Source of the DNA: Deltaproteobacteria bacterium | Lineage (GTDB): Bacteria; Myxococcota_A; UBA9042 | NCBI GenBank assembly: GCA_016875335.1 | Contig: VGRO01000008.1 | Location: forward strand, 18-64,017 | Direction: 5' to 3' | DNA length: 64,000 bases | Shown: positions 10,754-20,600 of the stretch, in pieces | Layout of the letters: every line of letters begins with the position of its first letter | Numbering within the stretch: the stretch's first letter is position 1 | Notes under the pieces: generated by a model | Databases searched by the model: none | Told to the model about the DNA's origin: nothing | Seen by the model: the letters and a program-made list of their open reading frames with translations, nothing else | Position numbers and translations under genes: made by a program

Positions 10754-11154
10754 TGGCCGCCGCCTGGTTGCTCCGGCCCGGCGACCCGCTGCCGCCGCTG
10801 TGTCTGCAATCCGGGCCGTGGACCGCCGACGCCTTTGCGGGCCATTGGGGCCTGATCGTCGTCGCCCAGGACGCTGCTGCCGCGGGCCTGGCCGCGATCC
10901 CCGCGGGCGCCCGCGCGCTGGCGATTGCCTCGCCTGGATCCGCGGTGCCCATGGACGCGCTCGCCGACCACGGAACCGTCAGCGCGCAACGCTTGGGGGC
11001 GCTGGTGGCGCAGGGCCGCGTGGTGCCGGTCGCGGTGGTGATCGACCCGGGCGGGACGGTCGCCTTTGCCGCGCAGGGGTCGTCGGCAGAAAGTGCGGCC
11101 CGGCAGGCGCTGTGCTGGTTGCAGTCGCGGCTGCCCTCACCCGGCCAGGCCTAG
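10753..11154 (+). CDS. Small thioredoxin-fold (AhpC/TSA-like) protein lacking the redox motif
   Basis: ATG overlaps the bamA stop (TGATG). [12 protein letters not shown]...GHWGLIVV and VVIDPGGTV resemble the peroxiredoxin N-terminal and IDxxG motifs; no CxxC or TxxC. Confidence 0.5.
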   Translation: MAAAWLLRPGDPLPPLCLQSGPWTADAFAGHWGLIVVAQDAAAAGLAAIPAGARALAIASPGSAVPMDALADHGTVSAQRLGALVAQGRVVPVAVVIDPGGTVAFAAQGSSAESAARQALCWLQSRLPSPGQA

Positions 11155-12360
11155 CGCCACCCGGAACACGATCCCCAACACCAGCAGGAAGCCAACGGCG
11201 ATCGCGGCCTGCGTGCCCAGTTGCGGTTGCGGTCCGGGCGGCAACTCGCGCGACAGCGCCGCCCCCGCCGCGGTGCCGGTGACCAGGCCCCCCAGGTGCG
11301 CGGCGTTGTCGATGACCGGCACGGCCAGACCCAATCCCACGTTGATGAGCACGAACATGCCGCCGCTGCGCAACAGCGCGCGATAGACGTGGCTGGGGAT
11401 GGTGTCGCGCCGGGCCAGTGCAAAACCCACTGTGGCACCGAGCACGCCGAACACCGCCCCCGAGGCGCCGACGCTGACGGAAGGCCCGCCCTGCAAGGCG
11501 TGCCAACCGAACGAGGCCACCGCGCCGCCCAGTGCGCTCAGCAGGTACGCGGCGCCAAACGCCCGCGAACCGAGCAACCGCTCGGCCATGGCCCCCAACT
11601 GCCACAGCGCCAGCAGGTTCATGGCGATGTGCAGCAGGTTGCCGTGCAGGAACGCGCTCGTCAGCAGACGCCACGGTTCGGCGGCCATGTGCCCGGTCGC
11701 ATTGGCCCCCCATGCGACCAACTGCCCGGTCCCAAACCCTCCTGCGACCGTGGACCACAGCCCGCCCTCCGGTCGAGCCGCGGCCGCGAAGACCATGGCC
11801 GCGTAGACCAAGACGTTGATCCCGGTCATCGAGCGCGTGACCGGCACCTGCGGGGCGGCGTGGCGAAGGCGCTCGAGGAACACCTGGGGATCGCGGGCGT
11901 CGCCGGTCGCAGCCAGATGCACCAGTGGATTGCACGACGCCATCGACCGCTGCATGTCGGCGTCAAACGCGTGCGCTACCAAGGCCGCCTGCGCGGTACC
12001 GGTCACGCCCGGTGGATCGGCGCACAGCGCGACGATGTCGAGGCGGTGGGCGGTGGCCAGTTGCAGCACATGGTGTTCTGCGAGCAGGGCCCGATCCTGG
12101 GCGAGAACGAGCACACGCGGCCGTGAACCTGAGGCGGCCAACCGCTCGAGCCACACCTGCAGGTGATCGGCGCCGGCCAGGCGCCACGGCACCACCACCC
12201 ACGGGCCTGCGGCCAGTTGCAGCGCCTCGATCGGCTGGGGCGGCACCTGAAGCGTCACCGGTACAGTCTTCCAGTTTTCTTCGTCGGCCCGGCTGGTGTA
12301 GCGCGCACCGTGGAAAAGCAGGAACTGCTGGACCAATGCCGACAGGTCGCCCGCAGTCAT
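11137..12360 (-). CDS. Rhomboid intramembrane serine protease with an N-terminal soluble domain
   Basis: WRLLTSAFLHGNLLHIAMN, catalytic GASG and DNAAHLGG; about 170 aa non-membrane N-terminal region. Confidence 0.93.
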   Translation of the reverse strand: MTAGDLSALVQQFLLFHGARYTSRADEENWKTVPVTLQVPPQPIEALQLAAGPWVVVPWRLAGADHLQVWLERLAASGSRPRVLVLAQDRALLAEHHVLQLATAHRLDIVALCADPPGVTGTAQAALVAHAFDADMQRSMASCNPLVHLAATGDARDPQVFLERLRHAAPQVPVTRSMTGINVLVYAAMVFAAAARPEGGLWSTVAGGFGTGQLVAWGANATGHMAAEPWRLLTSAFLHGNLLHIAMNLLALWQLGAMAERLLGSRAFGAAYLLSALGGAVASFGWHALQGGPSVSVGASGAVFGVLGATVGFALARRDTIPSHVYRALLRSGGMFVLINVGLGLAVPVIDNAAHLGGLVTGTAAGAALSRELPPGPQPQLGTQAAIAVGFLLVLGIVFRVALGLAG

Positions 12361-12363
12361 GGG

Positions 12364-13701
12364 TCACTCGAACTCGGCGGCGCGCGCGAACTGGTAGCCT
12401 TCCCACATCGCATCTTCCATCGACGAATAGACCCAGCCGCCGTAGCGGCCGCGCGAGGCGAGGCCCCGGCTTTCCAGGTGGCCCAGCAGGTCGGCGCGCG
12501 CGCCGAAGTAGGGGCGGTCGAACACCACATAGCCGTAGCGGATGTGGCGCACGTCCTGGACCTCGATTTGGTCGTCGCTCTCCAGCCACCCTTGGGCGCG
12601 CAAGAACTGGCGCACCTGCAGTTGGACGTCGCCATCGCTGTCGGGGCAGTTGGCGGCGACCTCGACGTAGAGGCTGCTTTTGCCCGCAGGCGCGAGCGAG
12701 GCCACCGCGTTGGAGAACGAGCCGATGCGGTAGAACGGGTAGCGCGGCTCGGGCACGTAGAGCCACTGGATGTCGTCGAGCACCCCCGGTCGGGCAATGC
12801 CGTAGTTCATGTAGCGCAGCGACGTGCAGCGCAGTTGCCCCACCCGCTCGCGCAGGGCGTCGGGCACGTCGGCGACGATTGCGTACAGGTCCGGCAACGG
12901 CACTGACGACAAGACACGCCGGAACGACACCGTGGTGCCGTCGCTCAAGCCTGCGGTCCGCGCGGCCAGATCGATGCGCACGGGCACCGTGTTCAACCGC
13001 ACCTTGGCCGACGGCAGCCGGGCGGCGATGGCCTTGGCAAACGACTCGATGCCGCCCGCCTTGGGGTACAGGAACGAGGCGTTGTAGCCGGCGGTCTCGT
13101 CGACGATGCCGAGCGCACCGGCCACGATCTGGCTCAAGTTCGGCTTGGGCAGAAAGCGCGCGCACCAGTCGGCGGTGATCTCCTCGGGCGGGCAGCCCCA
13201 CAGCTTGGTGTTGTACGGCACCATGAAGCGATCAGTGATGCCCTTGCCAAAACGCTGTACACAGAACTCTGCGAAATTGTGCACGGGGACGTGCTCGCCG
13301 CGCGCTTCGGCCAGAGAGGCCTCGATGGCTGCCTGCACGCATTCGTGTACGACCTCGAGCGGCAACCCGTGCAGGTTCTGCTGGAACGGAAACTGCGTCA
13401 GCACCCCGTGCGACCAGATGCGCGACCTGCGCGCCACCCGCAGCATCTGGTCGCCCATGACATCGGCGACGAACTGCTGCATTTCCGGGTAGCGCAGGTG
13501 CAACCAGTGCCCGGTGTGGTCGAAGTGGTAGCCATCGACCACCTCGGTGCGCGTGAGCCCGCCCAGCCGGGCGTCGCGTTCTACGAGCAACCAATCGCCC
13601 AGCCGCAAGTCGCCAGTGGCCGCGGCCTGGCGGTCCAGGTGGTAGGCGCCGGACAGGCCGGTGAGCCCCCCGCCGAGGATCAGGGTATCGACGCGTTGCA
13701 A
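12364..13701 (-). CDS. FAD-dependent oxidoreductase (UDP-galactopyranose mutase / protoporphyrinogen oxidase-like superfamily)
   Basis: ILGGGLTGLSGAYHL, ERDARLGGLTRT, FDHTGHWLH and C-terminal RGRYGGWVYSSMEDA. Start placed at TTG 13701. Confidence 0.75.
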   Translation of the reverse strand: MQRVDTLILGGGLTGLSGAYHLDRQAAATGDLRLGDWLLVERDARLGGLTRTEVVDGYHFDHTGHWLHLRYPEMQQFVADVMGDQMLRVARRSRIWSHGVLTQFPFQQNLHGLPLEVVHECVQAAIEASLAEARGEHVPVHNFAEFCVQRFGKGITDRFMVPYNTKLWGCPPEEITADWCARFLPKPNLSQIVAGALGIVDETAGYNASFLYPKAGGIESFAKAIAARLPSAKVRLNTVPVRIDLAARTAGLSDGTTVSFRRVLSSVPLPDLYAIVADVPDALRERVGQLRCTSLRYMNYGIARPGVLDDIQWLYVPEPRYPFYRIGSFSNAVASLAPAGKSSLYVEVAANCPDSDGDVQLQVRQFLRAQGWLESDDQIEVQDVRHIRYGYVVFDRPYFGARADLLGHLESRGLASRGRYGGWVYSSMEDAMWEGYQFARAAEFE

Positions 13702-13717
13702 GGCGCAGGCTCCGGGT

Positions 13718-14971
13718 TCAGGCAGACGGCAGCTCGAGCAGATGGCCCATGCGGTCGCGCTTGGTCTGTAAATACCGCCGGTTGTCAGACGTCGGCGCCA
13801 CCTCGATGCCCTGGCGGTCCACGACGTCGATGCCAAAGCGCCGCAACGCATCGACCTTGGCCGGGTTGTTGGTCATCAGCACGATCCGGGCCAAGCCGAG
13901 GTCGCGCAAAATCTGCGCGGCGACCGCATAGTCGCGCTCGTCGGGGGCGAAGCCGAGCGCCTCGTTGGCCTCGACGGTGTCCTTGCCCTGGTCTTGCAGC
14001 GCGTAGGCGCGGATTTTGGCGATAAGGCCGATGCCGCGACCCTCCTGGCGCAAGTAGAGCAGGGCGCCCACCTCGGCCGCCGCCAGGCGCTCCAGCGCCA
14101 ACTGCAACTGGCCGCCACAGTCGCAGCGCCGCGAATGCAGGATGTCGCCGGTCAAGCATTGGCTGTGCAACCGCACCAGCGCGGGCCCGTCGGCCGACTC
14201 GGGACTGCCGCGCACCAGCGCCATGTGCGCGCTGCCGTCGAGGTCGCTGGCATACACCCGCACCCGAAACGGCCCATTGCGCGTCGCCACCTCGCCCTGC
14301 CGCAACACGCGCACCAGGCGTTCGTGGTGGGCGCGCCAAGCGATGACGTCGCTGACCCGCACCAGCGGCCAACCGGTCTGCGCCTGGACCAACGGGCCGT
14401 GGTCGGCCATGGCTTGGTCGACATCGTGCAACACGTGGCTGACCAGCGCCGCCGGATGCAGGCCCGCCGCGACCACCAGATCGTGGGCCGCCTCGCAGCC
14501 ATAGGGCGCAGCCAGCACGCCGCGGTCGGCGACGATGGTCGGCATGATGTGGCCCGGACGCACAAAATCGACCGCGCCTGCCTCGGGGTCGGCCAGCAGC
14601 CGCGCCGTCAGGCCGCGATCCTCGGCGCTGATCCCGGTGGACACGCCCGTGGCGGCTTCGACACTGGTGCCATAGTGCGGCAACCACGCCGGCGCGCGCT
14701 TGCGGTCGAGCGGTCCACAGTCCAGGGCCTTGGCGCGCGCCCGCGACAACGTGACGGAGAGCACGCCCTGTGCGTCGTTGGCCAGGCGGTTGACCAGGGC
14801 GGCCGTGGCGAACTGGGCGCCCGCGACCGCCCACAGCGCGCCCCCCTCGGTCATGTCCTCGGCGACCAGCGCGACGTCACCGCGGCGCAGGGCGTCGAGC
14901 GCGCGCACCGTGGCTTGCACGCCGCTGGCCGGCGCGGCGACAGGGCCGCGGTTTAGGGGGATTGCAGTCAA
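13718..14971 (-). CDS. ribA: GTP cyclohydrolase II fused to a degenerate RibB (DHBP synthase) domain
   Basis: RibA motifs are intact: VRLHSQCLTGDILHSRRCDCGGQL, YLRQEGRGIGL, DTVEANEALGF, MTNNPAK. The RibB fold is recognisable (TGISAEDR, RPGH). Start uncertain (TTG 14971 or ATG 15010). Confidence 0.9.
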   Translation of the reverse strand: MTAIPLNRGPVAAPASGVQATVRALDALRRGDVALVAEDMTEGGALWAVAGAQFATAALVNRLANDAQGVLSVTLSRARAKALDCGPLDRKRAPAWLPHYGTSVEAATGVSTGISAEDRGLTARLLADPEAGAVDFVRPGHIMPTIVADRGVLAAPYGCEAAHDLVVAAGLHPAALVSHVLHDVDQAMADHGPLVQAQTGWPLVRVSDVIAWRAHHERLVRVLRQGEVATRNGPFRVRVYASDLDGSAHMALVRGSPESADGPALVRLHSQCLTGDILHSRRCDCGGQLQLALERLAAAEVGALLYLRQEGRGIGLIAKIRAYALQDQGKDTVEANEALGFAPDERDYAVAAQILRDLGLARIVLMTNNPAKVDALRRFGIDVVDRQGIEVAPTSDNRRYLQTKRDRMGHLLELPSA

Positions 14972-14987
14972 TGGGACGGGGACCGGA

Positions 14988-16508
14988 TCAGCAGGGACCG
15001 TTTTTGACATTGAAGTTGCTGCCGTTGTAGCACTCGGCCTGGCACTTGTTGACATAGGTCAGACCGTCGTCGCCGCACACGGGAGCATAGGTGTTGGGGC
15101 AGGTGCAAATGCACGGCCCGTCATATTGCGGCACCCACGACTTGTCGCCAGCGGTCAGGCAGGTGAACTCGGCCTTGCTGCGGAACGTGACCCAGACGTC
15201 CGGGGCGCCGGTCTTGGCGGCCGGCTTGGACGCGCACACCGGGTTGACGTTGAAGTAGTCCACGTCCGGGCAGCAGCCCTTGCCGTCGTACAGTTCAGCC
15301 GCCGAGCACTTGTCCTTGGGGGTGGCAGAGATGTTCTTGCAATCCGCCACCTTGGCGCCGGCGTTGGTGGCGAGGCAGGTGTTGCGGAACGACTGCCCTT
15401 TGCCGGTCGGAAGGATGCCGCACACCGGGTTGCAGTCCTTGGGGCAGTTGGCGGCCGAGGCGCTGACCTTGCTGGCCTCGGCGAAGCACTCGCCGTCGCA
15501 CTCCTTGGTCAGTTTGTCTGGCTGACAGGTGTCGCTCTTTTGGGTGAGGCCGAGGCCGTAGCAGCCCTGCTTGTCGCAGTTCTTGAGCGCACACGGAGTC
15601 GCGTAGGTCTTGCCGTCTTCTTTGGCGCACACCGGTTGGTACACGTTCATCGGGCAGCCGCCGCCGTTGGGCGGGGGCTGGCTGCAACTGGATTTGCACT
15701 TGCCGGCGACATAGGCCATCTCGGTGGTCGACAGGTCCATGCACTTGGCTTGGCATGGCAGTTCGACCGCGACCTTGGCGCCGGACTTGAGCGTCGCGCA
15801 CCCCTCAAAGCTGCCGACGCAGTCGACGTTCTTGGTGCACGCCTTGGTGCTCTCCTGGACCGCCTTGCCGGCCTCGTAGAGCGTGCACTTGTTGGTGCCG
15901 TTCTGGGTGTTGCACTTGACCTCGACGTTGGCGCAGTCCTTGCAGTCGGGGCAGGCACCCTTCTTGATCTTGGTCTCGTAGCCGGCCGGCCAGTCGAACG
16001 CTTTGAGCTTGTTGATCGCGTCGCAGTCGTTGAAATAGGTGGTGCCGTCCACGCAGATCTTGGCTTCGGGGCACGCAGTCAGGCAGTTGGCGCCGGCCCC
16101 GCCCGCGCAATCGGGCAGCGGCAGCTTGGGCTTGGGCGGGCCATCGGTGGTGGCGACGTCGCTCGCTCCGCTGGTCTCGGCGTCGGCCGATGCGTCGATC
16201 GCGTCCTGTTCGACGGCAGCGTCGCCGTCCGCGGTTGCGCCATCATCCGTGTCGGGGCTGGTGGTCGCGTCGCTGTCCGCAGCGGTAGTCGTGCCGTCGC
16301 CGCCATCGGGCTTGGTCGCTCCGCCATCGCTGTCCACGGTTTCGCCACCGGTGACCTCGCCGGCCACCGCGTCGCCATCGTTGGTTTCCGGTTCGTCGGT
16401 GGCACCGCTGGAGGTGTCCGGACTGGGCTTCTCCTCGCTGCACGCGACCGCGAGGGCCGCAACGGCGACGGCCGCAACCACGCGCGGCAACAACGAAATC
16501 AGGGTCAT
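14988..16508 (-). CDS. Cys-rich lipoprotein with multiple Kazal-type repeats
   Basis: GGAGG RBS, signal ending LAVA-C, acidic D/T/A tether, then repeats such as YQPVCAKEDGKTYATPC, CNPVCG...FRNTC and CPNTYAPVCGDDGLTYVNKCQAEC. Confidence 0.8.
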   Translation of the reverse strand: MTLISLLPRVVAAVAVAALAVACSEEKPSPDTSSGATDEPETNDGDAVAGEVTGGETVDSDGGATKPDGGDGTTTAADSDATTSPDTDDGATADGDAAVEQDAIDASADAETSGASDVATTDGPPKPKLPLPDCAGGAGANCLTACPEAKICVDGTTYFNDCDAINKLKAFDWPAGYETKIKKGACPDCKDCANVEVKCNTQNGTNKCTLYEAGKAVQESTKACTKNVDCVGSFEGCATLKSGAKVAVELPCQAKCMDLSTTEMAYVAGKCKSSCSQPPPNGGGCPMNVYQPVCAKEDGKTYATPCALKNCDKQGCYGLGLTQKSDTCQPDKLTKECDGECFAEASKVSASAANCPKDCNPVCGILPTGKGQSFRNTCLATNAGAKVADCKNISATPKDKCSAAELYDGKGCCPDVDYFNVNPVCASKPAAKTGAPDVWVTFRSKAEFTCLTAGDKSWVPQYDGPCICTCPNTYAPVCGDDGLTYVNKCQAECYNGSNFNVKNGPC

Positions 16509-16733
16509 GTTCGGGCCTCCAGATAGGGCAGGGCGCGCAGCCGGGCGACCACCCATGGCAACGCGCCGGGACCTGACGTGGGCGCGGGATCGGCGGTGGC
16601 GGTGGCGCCGGGGCCAGGTCGAGGCCGCAGTATGCCCGAGACAGTGGCGGCGTGCAAAGAACCGTGGACGCACGCTTGGCTGCGGGCCCGTGCCTGCGAC
16701 CTTGCATGCCCCCGGCCCACTCGCCGCCCGACC

Positions 16734-16762
16734 TTGTGCCGGGCCGCGCCCAGGGCTATGCT
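16734..16762 (+). promoter_or_regulatory. sigmaA promoter of ssb
   Basis: TTGTGC-17 nt-TATGCT, with GGAGG RBS before GTG 16787. Confidence 0.6.
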
Positions 16763-16786
16763 CGCCGGGCTTTCGGAGGCCAGCCC

Positions 16787-17254
16787 GTGTCCAGCTTCAA
16801 CCGCGTCATCCTCATCGGCAACCTGGGGCATCAGCCCGAACTGAAGTACACCACGAGCAACCGGCCGGTGTGCGAACTGCGCATCGCCGTCAACCGGGTG
16901 TGGAACGACCGCAACGGTCAGCGCCAGGAAAAGACTGACTGGTTTTCGGTCGAGGTCTGGGACAAAACAGCGGAATTCTGTGAGCGCTATTTGACCAAGG
17001 GCAGGGCAATCCTGGTCGAGGGCCGTCTGTCCAACGACGAGTGGACCGACAAGGAGGGCCAAAAGCGCACCAAGACCAAGGTCGTCGCCGACCGGGTGCA
17101 GTTCGTCGGCAACCGCGGCGACGGCGACGGCGGGTATTCCCGCGGCGGCAGCGGTGCTGGTGGCGATCGCGGTCCGGCCCCCCGCACCTCCGACGGTGGA
17201 CCGCCACCGCCCGCCGACGACTACCATCCGCCCGAAGACGACATCCCGTTCTGA
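16787..17254 (+). CDS. ssb: Single-stranded DNA-binding protein
   Basis: FNRVILIGNLG..PELKYT, ILVEGRL, Gly-rich linker and C-terminal EDDIPF. Confidence 0.97.
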   Translation: MSSFNRVILIGNLGHQPELKYTTSNRPVCELRIAVNRVWNDRNGQRQEKTDWFSVEVWDKTAEFCERYLTKGRAILVEGRLSNDEWTDKEGQKRTKTKVVADRVQFVGNRGDGDGGYSRGGSGAGGDRGPAPRTSDGGPPPPADDYHPPEDDIPF

Positions 17255-17288
17255 CGATCGCCGCGCCCCATCGGCGCCCAAGGCAACC

Positions 17289-17627
17289 ATGACGCCCAAG
17301 CTCGGCGGCTACGTGGTCGAGTACCGCTACCGCGTCGACCCCCTGGTCCACGACCAGTTGTGGCCGCTGCTGGCCGTCGTGCGCGACTATGCCGACCACC
17401 TCGGCTTGGCGGCGTTTGAGGTCTGGCAAGACGACCAGGATCCGTGGACCGTCGTCGAGCTGCATGCCTACGACAGTTGGGCGCACCATCAGCGCGTCGC
17501 CGACAAGCCGCAGCACCCCGACATGGACAAGGTGTACGACGGGCTCGATCGCCTCGTCGAGGGCGGCTTGCGCGCGGTGCAGTCGCGGGCCTACGTGCCA
17601 GTGCGCCTGCAGGCGGACGCAAGCTGA
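17289..17627 (+). CDS. Antibiotic-biosynthesis-monooxygenase-like (dimeric alpha-beta barrel) small protein
   Basis: 112 aa with the pattern FEVWQDDQDPWTVVELHAYDSWAHH, typical of ABM-fold proteins. Confidence 0.55.
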   Translation: MTPKLGGYVVEYRYRVDPLVHDQLWPLLAVVRDYADHLGLAAFEVWQDDQDPWTVVELHAYDSWAHHQRVADKPQHPDMDKVYDGLDRLVEGGLRAVQSRAYVPVRLQADAS

Positions 17628-17635
17628 CCCCAGAC

Positions 17636-17674
17636 TGGCGTTCAGGGCCCGCCCCGGCTACTTTGGGCGTCATG
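17636..17674 (+). promoter_or_regulatory. Candidate leaderless sigmaA promoter
   Basis: TGGCGT-17 nt-TACTTT (17659-17664)-7 nt-ATG 17672; no SD before the ATG. Confidence 0.45.
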
Positions 17675-20600
17675 CGGTGGGCGCGCTTCGCAGCACAACG
17701 GGGTTTGGCGGCCGGCTTGGTGGCCCTGGCGGCCGCATGTGGCGACGACGGGCTGGTCCAAGGCACCTCGGGCTTGACCGGCGCCGACCAGCCCACCATC
17801 GGCGAGGTCGGGTTCGGCCCCGATGCTGCGGCAGTGCCACGCGATCCGTGGATCGCCACCGACATCGAAGCCGGCGACGGACCCGCCGATGTGGCGGCCG
17901 ACGAGGCCGTTGCGGACAGCGCGCCGGAAAGCACGACGGTGGATGCGGCGCCCGAACTGCCGCCGGCCACAGACGTTTCGCCTTCCGCCGATGTCGTGCA
18001 GGAGGTCGAGCCTGCCTGCCCGCCGTGCCCCCCCGGATACACCTGTTTTGACGGCGGCACCGACGCCCTGCCCGTGTGCGTGCCGGCGGCCGAGTTCGCC
18101 TGCGCGCCGTGCAAGGACGACGCCACGTGCCTGGGCGGCCAGTGCGTGGGCGAGGACGGTCCCGGATACTGCCGCATCCCGTGCGTCGCCGGCGCCAGCG
18201 GGTCGAGTTGCCCGGCCGGCTTCGCCTGCGCGCCCGACCCAGCGAGCGGCAAGGCGTTGTGCGCGCCGCAGACCGGCCTGTGCAGTTGCAACGCCAGCAA
18301 CGTCGGCGCGGTCAAGCCTTGTCAATCTACAAACGATCAAGGCAGTTGCGCGGGCCTGTCGACGTGTGTCGCCAGCGGTTGGTCGCCTTGTGACGCGCCC
18401 GTGCCGGCCGCAGAAACCTGCAACGCCAGCGACGACGACTGCGACGGCCTGACCGACGAGGGCACCGGCGGGGCCCCGTGCGTCCTGGCCCCGAGCGCCT
18501 GCGGCGGCACGCTGGTGTGCAAGGGGGCGGCGGGCCTACAATGCCAGGTGCAGATGGCGCCCGAGGTCTGCAACGGCCTGGACGACGACTGCGACGGTCA
18601 AACCGACGAAGGGCAGTCGGGCCAGCCCTGCGCCCTGGCTCCGGCCGCCAACTGCGCGGGCGCGACCGTCTGCCAGGGCGCGCTTGGCCTGACGTGCGCC
18701 GTGACCACGAGCGCCGAAACGTGCAACGGGGTGGACGACGATTGCGACGCCCAAACCGACGAGGGCCTGACCGGCCAGCCGTGCAGCCTCGGCACCGGCG
18801 CTAACTGCGCGGGCCTTTTCGTGTGCAAGGGGGGCGACGGCGGATTCTGCGACGTGGTCGCGCCGCAAGAGACCTGCAACGGCCAAGACGACGACTGCAA
18901 CGGCCAGACCGACGAGGACATTGACGAGGTCGGCGAGCCGTGCACCGCGACCAACACCTTTGGGGCGTGCCCCGGCCTCTGGCAGTGTGCCGGCAAGGGC
19001 TTGCAGTGCAGCGGTGGCGTGCCTGCGGCCGAGACCTGCAATGCCAAGGACGACGATTGCGACGGCGCCGTAGACGAGCCTTGGTGGCAAGCCGGCCAGT
19101 ACCTGTCCACCGACCACTGTGGCGCGTGCGGCGTCGCGTGCCCCAAGCCGGTCGGACTGCACGCTGCGGCTACCTGCGCAGCCGCCGAGAGCCAGAGCCC
19201 CGGCTGTGCCGTGGTCTGCGAGCCCGGCTGGTTCGATACCGCGGGCGGCCCCCAGAACGGCTGCGAATGCCTTTTCACCGCCGCGTTGGACGAGCCCGAC
19301 GGCGTGGACCAAAACTGCGACGGCATCGACGGCGAAGTCAGCAACGCGGTATTCGTGGCCAAGACCGGGGCCGACGGCAACCCCGGGACCTTGAGCCTGC
19401 CGGTCGCGACCGTTGCCAAGGGCATCGTTTTGGCCGCCAAGCTCGGCAAGCGCGACGTCTATGTGGCGGGCGGCGTGTACCCGGGCAGCGTCGACCTGGT
19501 CGCCGGCGTATCGGTGTATGGCGGCTACGGCCCCGGTTTTGCCGCACGCGACACTGTCCTGTACCAGTCAGCCATCGCAGCCGTGGCACCGCCTGTGGGT
19601 CCGGCCTACGCGGTGCGCGCGGTGGGCATCGCCGGCCCGGGCGCCAAGACCCGACTCGATGGCGTGACGCTGCTCGGCGCCAACGCCAAGGCCGCCGGCG
19701 AGTCGAGCTATGGCTTGCTGGCCATCGGCTGCGACGATCGCTTGCAGATCACCTATGCGCAAATCCTGGCCGGCGACGGCGCCCCAGGCAGCAGCGGCGC
19801 GGCGGGCAGCAACGGCCAGGGCGGCGCGGCGGGGCAACCTGGCGCGGCGGCGCGCGACATCGGCAAGGCGGCGTGCGGCGCGACCGACGTCAACCTCGGC
19901 GGCGGCGGCGGCGCGACCCAGTGCCAGGGCACTGCCACGCATGGCGGTGCAGGTGGCCATGCGGTCTGTCCGCAGATGGACGAGGATTCACCGAGCCCCA
20001 AGTGCCCCGCAAAGCCCTATCTGCAGACCCCCCAATCGGTGGAGCCGGGCGCCAAAGGCCAAGGACCGGCGGGCGGGCCGGGCGGCGCCTCGGGCGCCGA
20101 CAGCTACATTGACAGCAACAAGGGCGCAGTCACCCAGTGCAAGGGCTCCATCGGTTGCAATACCTGCGTGGTGCCGGTGCAACCGCGCGACGGCCAGCCC
20201 GGTGCGCCCGGCGGACCGGCTGTGCACGGCAAGGAGGGCGGCGGTGGCGCGGCGACCAGTGGCCTCGTCAGCCAGGGCGTGTGGGTTGCGGGATGGGCGG
20301 GCGACGGCGGCGCGGGCGGGCTGGGTTCCGGCGGCGGCGGCGGTGGTGCGGCCGGCGGCGTCGAGGTGTACGACTGTGCGACCAGTACCAGTGAATTCAC
20401 AGATTTGGGAGGTTCTGGCGGCGGCGGCGGCGCAGGAGGCTGCGGCGGATCGGGCGGTGGCGGCGGCCAGGCGGGCGGTGGCTCGTTTGCGGTGTTCGTC
20501 GTCGCCGTGCCGGGCGGCAAGGTCCCGCTGTTGTTTGGAAACACCCTGGCGGCTGGCACAGGCGGCCACGGCGGCCCGGGCGGGCCGGCGGGTTCAGGCG

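Noticed and set aside
12364-13701. HemY/HemG protoporphyrinogen oxidase call
   Set aside because: It lacks the ExGPxS-type HemY motif (has FDHTGHWLH), is not linked to the hem operon, and the motifs fit the mutase-like branch at least as well.
18413-19078. CRISPR-like periodic repeats
   Set aside because: The copies are divergent, in frame and encode a peptide motif; there are no identical direct repeats with unique spacers and no cas genes.
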